Shown here piece by piece: positions 27,115 to 36,989 of a DNA stretch of 52,101 nt. The DNA is taken from NCBI GenBank assembly GCA_052040085.1, contig JBQGFJ010000293.1:1-52101 (forward strand). The letters are read 5' to 3'. Position 1 is the first letter of the stretch. Each line of letters opens with the position of its first letter. A model generated the notes under the pieces. The model had not been told where the DNA came from. It saw only the letters and a program-made list of their open reading frames with translations, and ran no database searches. The stretch is from Pseudoxanthomonas sp. (GTDB lineage Bacteria; Pseudomonadota; Gammaproteobacteria; Xanthomonadales; Xanthomonadaceae). The translations under genes were made by a program, and so were the position numbers.

Positions 27115-30100
27115 TCAGGCCGCAGGTGCGCGCTTGAACTTGTGCACCAGCCATTCTTCGATATCGTCCACCAAGGTGAATGCTGCCGGGACCACGATCA
27201 GACTCAGCACCGTGGAGGTCATCAAGCCACCGATCACGGTGATCGCCATCGGCGCGCGGAAGCTGGAATCGGCGGCAAAGCCCAGCGCGATCGGCAACAT
27301 GCCGGCACTCATCGCCAGGGTAGTCATCAATACCGGGCGTGCACGCTTGTGGCAGGCGTCCATCAAGGCGTCGTGGCGTGACATGCCGAGCTCGCGTTCG
27401 GCGATCACCGCGTAATCCACCAGCAGGATGGAATTTTTCACCGCGATGCCGATCAGCATGATCAGGCCGATCAATACCGGCAACGAGATATCCGTGCCGG
27501 TCAGCAGCAAGGCACCAAACGCACCACCCGCCGCCAACGGCACCGCCACCAAAATGGTCAAGGGCTGGCTGGCGTGGTTGAACAACAACAGCAGCACGCC
27601 GTAGACACAGAAGATGCCAGCCACCATGGCCATGGCGAAACCGAGGAACATTTCCTCGAAGATCTTGCCGTCACCGGCCGGCTGCTCGGTCACGCCGGCG
27701 GGCAGGCTTTTCAGCGAGGACAACGCCTTGATCTCCGCATCCACTTCACCCAACGGACGGCCATTGAGATCGACCGTGATGGTCACGTTGCGGTGGCGGT
27801 CGAAGCGGTCGATCTGCGATGGCCCGCTGGCGGTCCCGATCTGCGCTACCGCCGAGAGCGGCACGCTGCCGCCACTGGCCGTGGGCACCCGCAACTGGCC
27901 CAGCAACGCCGGGTTGGACAACGAGGCTTCGGCCAACTGGACGCGAATCGGCACTTGCCGTTCGGGCAGGTTGAGCTTGGCAAGGAACTGCTGGTAATCA
28001 CCGCGCGTTGCCACGCGGGCAGCCGCGGCGATATCGGCGGTGGAGACGCCCAGGTCGGCCGCACGTGCCGCATCCGGGCGAATGATGACTTCGGGCCGGA
28101 CCAAGGCCGCCGACGAACTCACCGTCCCCAGGCCGGGCAGTTGGCGTATCTCGCGTTCCACTTCGCGCGAAGCATTGGCGAGCGCGACAGGGTCATCGCC
28201 CGCCAGCACCAATTGCAGGGCACGCCCCGGTTCGCCGCCCTGGAAACTGGTCCGTACGCCCGGCATGTCGGCCAGGCGCTCGCGCACCTCGGTTTCCAGT
28301 GCCTGTTGCGTGCGGTCGCGATCATCCTTCCAGCGAATGGTCAGGGTGGCCTTGCGCACTTCCGCAGCCCCCAGCACCGGGCCGTTGGACATGCTGGTAC
28401 TGCCGGCGACCACGAAGACATGTTCGATCTCGGGCACCCCGGCAATCCGCCGCCGCGCTTCCTCGGCCACCTCGCGCGTGGTTTCCAGCGACGTGCCCGG
28501 CGGCAACTCCACCAGCACCGAACTTTGGTAACCGTCACTGGGCGGAATGAAGGTCACCTTGAGCAGCGGAACGATGGCGAGCGAGAGGATGAAGATGCCC
28601 AGCGCGATCAGCAGTGTGCGGCCACGGTTGCGCAGCGCGCGATCCACCCACGTCAGGTACCAGCGCATCAATCGCGAATCGCCCGGATGCTCGGGCATGG
28701 GCCGCAACATGTAGGCAGCCATCATCGGCGTGATCAGGCGCGCCACCAGCAACGAGAACAGGACCGCCGCCGCCGCCGTCCAACCGAATTCCTTGAAGAA
28801 CTTGCCCGAGATGCCGGGCATGAACGCCACCGGGATGAACACCGCTGCCAGCGTGCACGACGTGGCCACCACCGCCAGCCCGATCTCGTCGGCCGCCTCC
28901 AGCGACGCCTGCTTCGGTGTCTTGCCCATGCGCAGGTGGCGATCGATGTTCTCCACCTCCACGATCGCATCGTCCACCAGGATGCCCACGACCACTGCCA
29001 GCGCGAGCAGGGTGATCATGTTCAGGCTGAAGCCCAGCCAGTACATCACCGCGAACGTGGGAATGATGGACAGCGGCAATGCCACCGCGGAAATGAAGGT
29101 GGCGCGCATGTCGCGCAGGAACCACCACACCACGATGATCGCCAGCAACGCGCCTTCCCACAGCATGTGCATGGAGGAGGTGTAGGACGCCTGTGCTTCC
29201 GGCGTGGTCGAAGACACTTCCACGAAACGCAGGCGCGGTTGCGCCTGTTGCATGTCGGCGATGGCCGCACGCACGTCTTCGCCCACGTCCACTTCGCTGG
29301 AACCGATGGTCCGCTGCACCGCGAAGCCGATCACCGGCTTGCCGTCCAGCGTGGTGACCTGCGTCAGTTGCGCGCCCGCATCGTGGACATCGGCCAGGGT
29401 GGACAGGCGCACCTTGCGGCCGTCGGGCACGAAGATCGGGAAATCAGCCAGCTCGGCGGCGTTGTTGACCGTCGCCAGCGTGCGCACGGATTGTTCGTTG
29501 CCGGCGATGGTGGTGCGTCCGCCCGGCTGTTCCTGCTGGATCCGCGCCAGTTGCTGCGAGAGCAGCGCCGGACTGACGCCGAAGCCCTGCACCGCTTCGG
29601 GCCGCAGGTCCACGCGGATCTCGCGATCGATGCCGCCGATCCGCCGCACCGAACCCACGCCGGAAACACCGAACAGGCGCTTGTTCACCGTGTCATCGAT
29701 GAACCAGCTCAGTTGCTCGTCGCTCCAGCCATCGGCGGTCACCGCATAGGTGATCATGTCCTCGCCGGCCACGTTCACCAGCGAGACGATCGGCGGTTCG
29801 ATTTCGGCAGGCAGGTCGATGCGCACCCGATCCACCGCATCGCGCACTTCATCCTTGGCGATGTTGCCGTCGCGGCCAAGGTCGAACACCACCACGGTGG
29901 TGGACACACCTTCGTTGATGGTGGACGTGAGGTCGTCGATGCCGGCGATGGCCGCCACTGCATCCTCGATCTTGCGCGTGACCTGGGTTTCCAGGGTGCT
30001 GGGGCTGGCACCGGGCAGGGTCACCGTCACCATCACCATGGGCAAGGTGAGGTCCGGGAACTTGGACACGGCCAGCCGGTTGAAGCCGTAGATGCCGGCC

Positions 30101-30168
30101 GCGGTCAACAGGATGAAGACCAGGATGGCCGGCAACGGCCGATGGATCGACCAGGCGGAAAAATTCAT
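27115..30168 (-). CDS. RND efflux permease (AcrB/AcrD/AcrF family)
   Basis: MNFSAWSIHRP, GILVDDAIVEVENI, GIAVKNSILLVDY, RARPVLMT. Confidence 0.92.
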   Translation of the reverse strand: MNFSAWSIHRPLPAILVFILLTAAGIYGFNRLAVSKFPDLTLPMVMVTVTLPGASPSTLETQVTRKIEDAVAAIAGIDDLTSTINEGVSTTVVVFDLGRDGNIAKDEVRDAVDRVRIDLPAEIEPPIVSLVNVAGEDMITYAVTADGWSDEQLSWFIDDTVNKRLFGVSGVGSVRRIGGIDREIRVDLRPEAVQGFGVSPALLSQQLARIQQEQPGGRTTIAGNEQSVRTLATVNNAAELADFPIFVPDGRKVRLSTLADVHDAGAQLTQVTTLDGKPVIGFAVQRTIGSSEVDVGEDVRAAIADMQQAQPRLRFVEVSSTTPEAQASYTSSMHMLWEGALLAIIVVWWFLRDMRATFISAVALPLSIIPTFAVMYWLGFSLNMITLLALAVVVGILVDDAIVEVENIDRHLRMGKTPKQASLEAADEIGLAVVATSCTLAAVFIPVAFMPGISGKFFKEFGWTAAAAVLFSLLVARLITPMMAAYMLRPMPEHPGDSRLMRWYLTWVDRALRNRGRTLLIALGIFILSLAIVPLLKVTFIPPSDGYQSSVLVELPPGTSLETTREVAEEARRRIAGVPEIEHVFVVAGSTSMSNGPVLGAAEVRKATLTIRWKDDRDRTQQALETEVRERLADMPGVRTSFQGGEPGRALQLVLAGDDPVALANASREVEREIRQLPGLGTVSSSAALVRPEVIIRPDAARAADLGVSTADIAAAARVATRGDYQQFLAKLNLPERQVPIRVQLAEASLSNPALLGQLRVPTASGGSVPLSAVAQIGTASGPSQIDRFDRHRNVTITVDLNGRPLGEVDAEIKALSSLKSLPAGVTEQPAGDGKIFEEMFLGFAMAMVAGIFCVYGVLLLLFNHASQPLTILVAVPLAAGGAFGALLLTGTDISLPVLIGLIMLIGIAVKNSILLVDYAVIAERELGMSRHDALMDACHKRARPVLMTTLAMSAGMLPIALGFAADSSFRAPMAITVIGGLMTSTVLSLIVVPAAFTLVDDIEEWLVHKFKRAPAA

Positions 30169-30169
30169 G

Positions 30170-31258
30170 TCAGCGATCCGTCGTGGCCGCCGCTGCGGCA
30201 TCCACCACCTTCACCAGATCGCCGTCGCCGAGGAAACCGGCTCCACGCGCCACCACTGATTCGTCAACCGACAAGCCTTCCAGCACTTCGATGTCATTGC
30301 CGAAAGTGTTGCCCACTTCCAGCCCGCGTTCGCGGACGCGGTTTTCATCATCGACAACAAAGGCGAAGGCACGGCCATCGCGACGCACCACGGCATCGAC
30401 CGGAATCAGCAAGGCACCGGATTGGCCCAGGGCGATACGTCCTTCGGCAAACATGCCGGCACGCAGTGCGCCGGGTTCCGGCAAATCGACATAGAGCGTG
30501 CCGGTGCGGCGCTGCACGTCCAGCGCCGGAGACACCCGCCGCACCTGGCCGGCTGCCACGCTGCCATCCGGCGCCTGGACCTGGACCGTGGCGCCTTCCG
30601 ACACCCGCAGCAGGTCGGCTTCGGCCAATTCCGCGCGCCACTCCAGGCGACCATCGTGGATCAGGCGCAGCAGCTCGGTTCCAGCCGACACCACCTGCCC
30701 GGGCTGCACGCTGCGCGCCGAGACAACGCCCGCCACCGGTGCACGCACCACGGTGAAATCACGCTGCACCCGCGCCGCATCGCGGCTGGCCGACGCCGTG
30801 TTGAGCCGTGCGCGGGCGCTGGTGCGAGCGGCTTCGGCCTCTTCGGCATCCTGTTCGGAAACGAGTTTCTGCGTCGCCAGCTCACGCACCCGGCGCGCCT
30901 TGCGCTCGGCCACTTCCAGATTCGCCGCCGACTCGACCACCGCGGCCTCGGCTTCGGCCAGGTGCGACTGCTGGGTGCGGTCATCGATCCGGAGCAGGAC
31001 ATCGCCCTGCTTCACCTCGCTGCCCACTTCCACCGCTACGCTGGCCACACGCAGGCCGGAAAGCTCCACCCCCACGGACACCTCTTCCCAGGCCGCCACC
31101 GCGCCCGAGGCCACCACGTCGCGCACGACCTCGGACTGGCGCGGCGTGGCCAGTGACACGGTCAGGCTGGGCGCGGTTTCGGGCGCCGATTTATCCGAGC
31201 AGGCACCCAGCAGCAGTGCGCCGGTAATGACGGCAAGACGAAGCGGGAAGACAGGCAT
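30170..31258 (-). CDS. RND efflux periplasmic adaptor (MFP), lipoprotein
   Basis: Lipobox LGAC, VRAPVAGVV, LRAGMF. Confidence 0.88.
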   Translation of the reverse strand: MPVFPLRLAVITGALLLGACSDKSAPETAPSLTVSLATPRQSEVVRDVVASGAVAAWEEVSVGVELSGLRVASVAVEVGSEVKQGDVLLRIDDRTQQSHLAEAEAAVVESAANLEVAERKARRVRELATQKLVSEQDAEEAEAARTSARARLNTASASRDAARVQRDFTVVRAPVAGVVSARSVQPGQVVSAGTELLRLIHDGRLEWRAELAEADLLRVSEGATVQVQAPDGSVAAGQVRRVSPALDVQRRTGTLYVDLPEPGALRAGMFAEGRIALGQSGALLIPVDAVVRRDGRAFAFVVDDENRVRERGLEVGNTFGNDIEVLEGLSVDESVVARGAGFLGDGDLVKVVDAAAAATTDR

Positions 31259-31411
31259 GGGGGAAGAAACCGGTATCGGAAGCGCGACACTTTATCAGTG
31301 CAAGAAGCCCATGGAATGGGAGGCCGCTCACTGGCCCTGCAGGCATCTGCTCGGTGACGATGCCTGCCCGATGCGGCACCATGGCCGCCTGTCATTGCAC
31401 TCGCCCGGCAC

Positions 31412-31597
31412 GTGAACGACCCGACCGCCCCCGACAACGACCCTCGGCCCATAGCGCCGGAACCACCACTGCCCGGCGACTGCTGTGACAGTGGCTGCGA
31501 CCCGTGCGTGCTGGATACCTACACCGAGGAATTACAGTACTACCGCGAGCAACTGGCGAAGTGGCTGGAACGGCATCCGGAAGCAGAACGCGGCTGA
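31412..31597 (+). CDS. Oxidoreductase-like domain small protein
   Basis: PEPPLPGDCCDSGCDPCVLD.Y..EL..Y motif; GTG start. Confidence 0.8.
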   Translation: MNDPTAPDNDPRPIAPEPPLPGDCCDSGCDPCVLDTYTEELQYYREQLAKWLERHPEAERG

Positions 31598-31615
31598 GCC
31601 GTTGCCGCTGCCTTT

Positions 31616-33505
31616 TTATGCCACCCGCGCGCGGCGCGCGCGCTCCAGGTGCACCAGCAGCAGGGATATCGCCGCCGGGGTCATGCCCGGAATACGCTGG
31701 GCCTGGCCGATGGTCTGCGGGCGCACCCGCTCCAGCTTCTGCTGTGCTTCGGCGGACAGGCCACGCACCTGCGCATAATCGAAACCTTCGGGAATGGCCG
31801 TGCCTTCATGGCGTTGCTGGCGTTCGATTTCCTCGCGCTGCCGGTCCAGGTAACCGGCGTACTTGATGCCGATCTCGACCTGCTCGGCCACCTTGGCATC
31901 GTCCACGCCCGGACCCAACAGCGGCACGCGCATCAACTGCACGTAATCCAGCTCCGGGCGCTTGATCAGGTCCAACACATTGGTCTCGCGACTGACCGCC
32001 ACGCCCAGCGTGGCTTCCACCTCGCGACCCAATGCATTGGCCGGCGTGGCCCACAGGCTACGCAGTCGCGCGGTCTCGCGTTCGATGCCTTCGCGCTTGG
32101 TGCTGAACGCGGTCCAGCGCGCATCGTCCACCAGGCCCAGCGTACGGCCCGTCTCGGTCAATCGCAGATCGGCATTGTCCTCGCGCAATTGCAGCCGGTA
32201 TTCGGCGCGGCTGGTGAACATGCGATACGGCTCGTTGGTGCCGTGGGTGATGAGGTCGTCGATCAATACCCCGATATAGGCTTCATCACGGCGCGGTGAC
32301 CAGGCCGGCTTGCCCTGCGTGAAACGCGCGGCATTGAGGCCGGCGACCAGGCCTTGCGCCGCCGCCTCTTCGTAACCGGTGGTGCCGTTGATCTGGCCGG
32401 CGAAGAACAGCCCTTGCACCGCCTTGGTTTCCAGCGAGGCCTTCAGGCCGCGCGGATCGAAGAAGTCGTATTCGATGGCATAACCGGGACGGGTGATGTG
32501 CGCGTTTCCGAAACCGCGGATGCTGCGTACCAGTTCCAACTGCACATCGAACGGCAACGAAGTCGAAATGCCGTTGGGATAGATCTCGGCCACGTCCAGC
32601 CCTTCCGGCTCCACGAAGATCTGGTGGCTGGCCTTCTCGGCGAAACGCACCACCTTGTCCTCGATGGACGGGCAATACCGCGGACCGATGCCTTCGATCT
32701 GTCCGCTGTACAGCGGCGAGCGATGCAGGGCATTGCGAATGATTTCGTGCGTGCGCTCGCTGGTGTGCGTAATCCAGCACGACACCTGCGCCGGATGATC
32801 GGCCACGTTGCCGAGGAACGACATCACCGGCAGCGGATCGTCGCCTGGCTGTTCTTCCATCACGCCGTAGTCCAGCGTGCGGCCATCGATGCGCGGCGGC
32901 GTGCCGGTCTTCAGGCGATCCACCACGAAGGGACGCTCGCGCAGGCGTGCCGCCAGTGTGGTGGAAGGCGGATCGCCCATGCGCCCGGCGGCATACTGGG
33001 TTTCGCCGACATGGATCTTGCCGGCCAGGAAAGTGCCCGCCGTCAGCACCACCGCCTGCGCCTCGAAACGCAGCCCGGTCTGGGTGATGGCGCCACGCAC
33101 GGCATCGCCGTCAATGACGAGATCGTCCACCGCCGCCTGGAAGATGGTCAGGTTGGGCTGTGACTCCACGGCACGACGGATGGCACTGCGGTAAAGCGAG
33201 CGGTCCGCCTGGCAACGCGTGGCGCGCACCGCCGGGCCCTTGGAGGCATTGAGCGTGCGCCACTGGATACCGGCACGATCCGCCGCCCAGGCCATCACGC
33301 CGCCCAATGCATCGATTTCCTTGACGAGATGTCCCTTCCCGATACCACCGATGGCCGGATTGCAGCTCATCGCACCCACGGTCTCGATGTTGTGGGTCAG
33401 CAGCAAGGTACGCGCACCTGCACGCGCGGATGCCAGTGCGGCTTCGGTCCCGGCGTGGCCACCGCCGATGATGATCACGTCGTAATGATGGAAACGGGTA
33501 TTCAT
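31616..33505 (-). CDS. mnmG: tRNA uridine-5-carboxymethylaminomethyl(34) synthesis enzyme MnmG
   Basis: [53 protein letters not shown]. Confidence 0.97.
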   Translation of the reverse strand: MNTRFHHYDVIIIGGGHAGTEAALASARAGARTLLLTHNIETVGAMSCNPAIGGIGKGHLVKEIDALGGVMAWAADRAGIQWRTLNASKGPAVRATRCQADRSLYRSAIRRAVESQPNLTIFQAAVDDLVIDGDAVRGAITQTGLRFEAQAVVLTAGTFLAGKIHVGETQYAAGRMGDPPSTTLAARLRERPFVVDRLKTGTPPRIDGRTLDYGVMEEQPGDDPLPVMSFLGNVADHPAQVSCWITHTSERTHEIIRNALHRSPLYSGQIEGIGPRYCPSIEDKVVRFAEKASHQIFVEPEGLDVAEIYPNGISTSLPFDVQLELVRSIRGFGNAHITRPGYAIEYDFFDPRGLKASLETKAVQGLFFAGQINGTTGYEEAAAQGLVAGLNAARFTQGKPAWSPRRDEAYIGVLIDDLITHGTNEPYRMFTSRAEYRLQLREDNADLRLTETGRTLGLVDDARWTAFSTKREGIERETARLRSLWATPANALGREVEATLGVAVSRETNVLDLIKRPELDYVQLMRVPLLGPGVDDAKVAEQVEIGIKYAGYLDRQREEIERQQRHEGTAIPEGFDYAQVRGLSAEAQQKLERVRPQTIGQAQRIPGMTPAAISLLLVHLERARRARVA

Positions 33506-33558
33506 GTGTTGGCGGTCGAAGACGGTTCGGGAATCCTGCCGGGAACGGTCCGGCGCGG

Positions 33559-33575
33559 TTGGCACGCTTCCTGCT
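33559..33575 (+). promoter_or_regulatory. Putative sigma54 (-24/-12) promoter
   Basis: TTGGCACGCTTCCTGCT, with GG (33561-62) and GC (33573-74) separated by exactly 10 nt. Confidence 0.65.
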
Positions 33576-33585
33576 GGTTACCTCC

Positions 33586-33704
33586 TGCACCCGTCATGGC
33601 ATGCGGACAACAACCGCAGGCCGGAATTGGAACAGGGGCCGGCCATGCGCATGGCGGGGGTGCCGGGGGCCGGTAGTCGGGGAACTGCCGGCCCCTTTTT
33701 CTTT
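33586..33704 (+). ncRNA. Candidate G-rich small RNA (~115 nt)
   Basis: Lies between the sigma54 motif and a plus-strand terminator; three or four hairpins; no credible plus-strand gene. Confidence 0.5.
33666..33704 (+). terminator. Intrinsic terminator on the plus strand
   Basis: 12-bp stem GGGGCCGGTAGT/ACTGCCGGCCCC, loop CGGGGA, then TTTTTCTTT. Confidence 0.75.
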
Positions 33705-33730
33705 GCCAAGAATACCGCGGCGGACAGCAG

Positions 33731-33752
33731 GAAGCCCGGTTTCCCGGGCTTC
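33731..33752 (-). terminator. Hairpin with a GAAA tetraloop on the minus strand
   Basis: GAAGCCCGG-GAAA-CCGGGCTTC (minus); weak U-tract. Confidence 0.5.
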
Positions 33753-33913
33753 GAAAGGGTGCCGACGTCCGGCGGGGCCGGAACAGGGGGGATCCAGAGT
33801 GTCCCGCCGAACGTCAGCATGGAGCTTTTGACTGGGCACCTGCGTCAGAAAACGACGCAATGAGTCAGGACATTAGCTTGCGGCGGCCCAAGACCCATTG
33901 CAATAGACGGCGG

Positions 33914-34624
33914 TCATGGTTCGATCAGTTGGTGCTGCCCGGCATCCCTCCGGCTACCAGACTCCGGACGTGCAACTGTCCTTGGAGTGGCCTGGGGCCT
34001 TGGCGCTGCCTGTGGACGCGGGCCTGCCTGCGGGACGGGCGCCACGGAGGATTGGGGCCTGCCTTCACCACCAGGACGTGGCCCGGGGTAACGGCGCGGG
34101 GACTGCTCCGCTTCACGCCGATAGCCCCGCTCGGGGCCTCGCGACTGGCCAGCGGGATTGCGCCATGGCGCCGGGCCGCGATTGCCTTCGCTCTGCTCCC
34201 GGCGCTCCCGCCAGTAAGCCGATTGCTCGGGGTTGCGGGGCTGGCCGGTCGGATTGCGCCACGGCGGCGGGCGATGGCCGTTGTCCACCGAAGGCGGGGG
34301 CTGCGGTTGCCCGGTGGGCGGCGGAGAGACCGGTGGCCGGTAAGGCGGGCGATAAGGCGGACGGTAGTGTCCTTGCCCATAGGGATATCCGTAGCCATAA
34401 CGGTAATAGGACGGATATCCGTAGCCGTAGTTCAGATAGCCGTAACCGGTGCCAATGCCGACACTGGGATAGCCGTATCGGCCACTGTAGGGGCCAACGT
34501 AGTCGACCGTAGAGCGGCCATGGTAGTAGCCACCCGGCGTACTGCCGCCCACGTAATCGTAAGTGGCGCAGCCTCCCAGCGTGGCAGCGGCGAGTACAGC
34601 CATCAGGATCGGACGGAATTTCAT
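33914..34624 (-). CDS. Tyr/Gly- and Pro/Arg-rich low-complexity lipoprotein
   Basis: MKFRPIL...LGGC lipobox, YG repeats, RPPY repeats, duplicated PWRNP.GQ.R.PE. Confidence 0.75.
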   Translation of the reverse strand: MKFRPILMAVLAAATLGGCATYDYVGGSTPGGYYHGRSTVDYVGPYSGRYGYPSVGIGTGYGYLNYGYGYPSYYRYGYGYPYGQGHYRPPYRPPYRPPVSPPPTGQPQPPPSVDNGHRPPPWRNPTGQPRNPEQSAYWRERREQSEGNRGPAPWRNPAGQSRGPERGYRREAEQSPRRYPGPRPGGEGRPQSSVAPVPQAGPRPQAAPRPQATPRTVARPESGSRRDAGQHQLIEP

Positions 34625-34818
34625 GGGTTTGCCCCCTGCGAATACATCGATGGTCGCAGCATCGGCGCCATGCATTGAACCCGTCCTTAACCCGGCCGGA
34701 TCGCCTGGGCGGCGCTTAATGTGCCGACAGCTTGATTTTTCCTGCCCCGTTTCCAGCTGCCGGCGCGCCGGCGATGAATCGTGCAGGCCACAGGCGAAGG
34801 ATGCGTTACCCTTTTCCC

Positions 34819-35778
34819 ATGTCCACACACCTCCCCCGCTTCGATGATGTGCTGTCGGCCGCGACGCGCATTGCCCCCCATGCCCACGTGACGCCGGTAC
34901 TGCATTCGCGCACGCTGGATGCACTGGCCGGCTGCACGCTGCACTTCAAGGCCGAGCCCTTCCAGCGCACCGGATCATTCAAGTTCCGCGGCGCCTGCAA
35001 TGCGGTATGGGCACTGGACGACGACACGGCACGAAACGGCGTGGTCACGCACTCCTCCGGCAACCATGGTGCCGCACTGGCAGCAGCGGCACGGACCCGC
35101 GGCATTCCCTGTCACGTGGTACTGCCCGACGGTGCCGTGGCGGCCAAGCTGGAATCCATCCGGCGTCTTGGCGCCCGGCTGCACCCTTGCGCACCGACCA
35201 TCGAGGCTCGCGAACGCCGCTGTGCCGAAGTGCAGCAGGAAACCGGGGCCACGCTGGTCCATCCCTATACCAACGCCAACGTGATCGCCGGCCAGGGCAC
35301 CGCGGCACTGGAGTTGTTGGAAGCCGCAGGGACGCTGGATGCACTGGTCACGCCGGTTGGTGGCGGCGGGCTGCTGGGCGGCAGTGCCATCACGGCTGCA
35401 GCCCGCGCCCCGGCATGTCGCGTGCTCGGGGCCGAGCCGGAGGGCGCTGCCGATACCTTCCGCTCGCTCGCGGCAGGCGAACGCCGCATCGATTTCGTGC
35501 CCGACACTGTTTGCGATGGTTTACGCGGCACGTTGGGCGAACCCAACTTCGAACTGCTGCGCCAACACGCGGTGGACGTGATCACCGTCGCCGATGCCGA
35601 CACCGTCGCGGCCATGCGCCTGTTGTGGCAGTGCCTGAAGCTGATAGTGGAGCCGTCCTCCGCCATTGCACTGGCTGCCATCCTCAAGCAACCCGGGCGC
35701 TTCGCCGGGCAGCGCGTGGGGGTGATCCTGTCGGGCGGCAATGTCGACCTGGATGCCCTGCCGTGGAGCCGGGGATGA
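34819..35778 (+). CDS. PLP-dependent serine/threonine dehydratase (serine racemase-like)
   Basis: QRTGSFKFRGA, HSSGNHG, PVGGGGL, LSGGNVD. Confidence 0.9.
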   Translation: MSTHLPRFDDVLSAATRIAPHAHVTPVLHSRTLDALAGCTLHFKAEPFQRTGSFKFRGACNAVWALDDDTARNGVVTHSSGNHGAALAAAARTRGIPCHVVLPDGAVAAKLESIRRLGARLHPCAPTIEARERRCAEVQQETGATLVHPYTNANVIAGQGTAALELLEAAGTLDALVTPVGGGGLLGGSAITAAARAPACRVLGAEPEGAADTFRSLAAGERRIDFVPDTVCDGLRGTLGEPNFELLRQHAVDVITVADADTVAAMRLLWQCLKLIVEPSSAIALAAILKQPGRFAGQRVGVILSGGNVDLDALPWSRG

Positions 35779-36392
35779 GCCGCCGCACGCGCAAGCAACC
35801 ACGCTCGCGCCTGCTGTCCTGGAGCATGCGGCTGATGTTCCTGGTACTGCTCTGGCTGGCCGGCGTGGCCGCCTGGATCATCCTGACCGGGCAGCGCGAC
35901 GATGCGCGGCCTGCCGATGCCATCATCGTGCTGGGCGCGGCTGCCTATGACGCGAACCCTTCGCCGGTCTTCGAAGAACGCATCCGCCACGGCATCGACC
36001 TGTACCAGCGCGGATTGGCCGGCAAGCTCATTTTCACCGGCGGTTACGGCGGCAGCGCCGCGCGCTTCTCCGAATCACAAGTGGCGCGCCGCTACGCACT
36101 CCGCCACGAAGTGCCGGAAAACGCCATCCTGATCGAATCGGTATCGCGCAATACTTTCGAGAACCTGCAACAGGCCGCGCTGCTGATGCAAGCGCACGAC
36201 CTGCACAGCGCCATCATCGTGAGCGACCCGTTCCACATCTCGCGCGCGCTGCGCATCAGCGGCGACGTGGGCATCGATGCCGTCGGCTCGCCGACGCCCA
36301 CCAGCCGCTTCCGCACCTTTTCCACGCAATGGCGCTTCCTGCTTTCGGAAGTGTATTTCTTCCATCGCGACCTGTTCGCCGGATTGCGATGA
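35775..36392 (+). CDS. YdcF/ElyC/SanA (DUF218) family protein
   Basis: N-terminal TM, AIIVLGA, FTGG, E..SRNT.EN, VSDPFHISRA. Confidence 0.88.
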   Translation: MSRRTRKQPRSRLLSWSMRLMFLVLLWLAGVAAWIILTGQRDDARPADAIIVLGAAAYDANPSPVFEERIRHGIDLYQRGLAGKLIFTGGYGGSAARFSESQVARRYALRHEVPENAILIESVSRNTFENLQQAALLMQAHDLHSAIIVSDPFHISRALRISGDVGIDAVGSPTPTSRFRTFSTQWRFLLSEVYFFHRDLFAGLR

Positions 36393-36435
36393 CATTCGTC
36401 GCTTCCCGGACACACCTTCCCCGCACGGACCCAAC

Positions 36436-36918
36436 ATGAACACCCAAGCAACTTCCTCGGCACAAGAAGCCACCCTGGCCCTGGTCCGCGCCTACTACGA
36501 TGCCTTCAACCGTGGCGACCGCGCCGGCATGCTGGCCCTGCTCACCGATGACGTGGCACACGACCTCAACCAGGGTGCACGCGAAACCGGCCGTGCCGTG
36601 TTCGCTGATTTCATGGCGCGCATGGACGCCAGTTACCGCGAGCGCCTGGCCGACATCGTGGTCATGGCCAGCAGCGATGGCACGCGTGCCGCCGCCGAAT
36701 ACACCGTACACGGCGAATACCTGCAGACCGACGAAGGCTTGCCGCCGGCCAACGGTCAGACCTACGTGTTGCCGGGCGGCGCTTTCTTCGATATCCGCGA
36801 TGGCCGCATCGCCCGCGTCACCAACTACTACAACCTGCAGGACTGGATCGCACAGGTGCGCCGCGCCGCGACCCCGTCTGAGCCTGCATCGCTTGTAACG
36901 AGCCGCAGCGAGTCATGA
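36436..36918 (+). CDS. Ketosteroid isomerase-related (NTF2/SnoaL-like) protein
   Basis: YYDAFN.GD, HDLNQG, TDEGLP.A.GQ.Y.LP.G.FF, RVTNYYNLQDW. Confidence 0.85.
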   Translation: MNTQATSSAQEATLALVRAYYDAFNRGDRAGMLALLTDDVAHDLNQGARETGRAVFADFMARMDASYRERLADIVVMASSDGTRAAAEYTVHGEYLQTDEGLPPANGQTYVLPGGAFFDIRDGRIARVTNYYNLQDWIAQVRRAATPSEPASLVTSRSES

Positions 36919-36989
36919 TGGCGAACCACCAGCGCTTGTTGCTGTTGTCCTGATAGTGCGGCAGATACCGCCAGCACCCAAGCGCCGGT

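Noticed and set aside
27574-30756. 1060-aa plus-strand ORF
   Set aside because: Antisense shadow of the RND/MFP genes. H/R/Q-rich with no motifs, as expected from high-GC codon bias.
33504-33863. Short ORFs in the mnmG upstream region
   Set aside because: No RBS or motifs, and they run through terminator hairpins; a non-coding reading fits better
34340-34480. Short repeats (GGATATCCGTAGCC, TAAGGCGG) as a possible CRISPR
   Set aside because: They are coding repeats of the YG/RPPY lipoprotein; no constant repeat-spacer period and no cas genes
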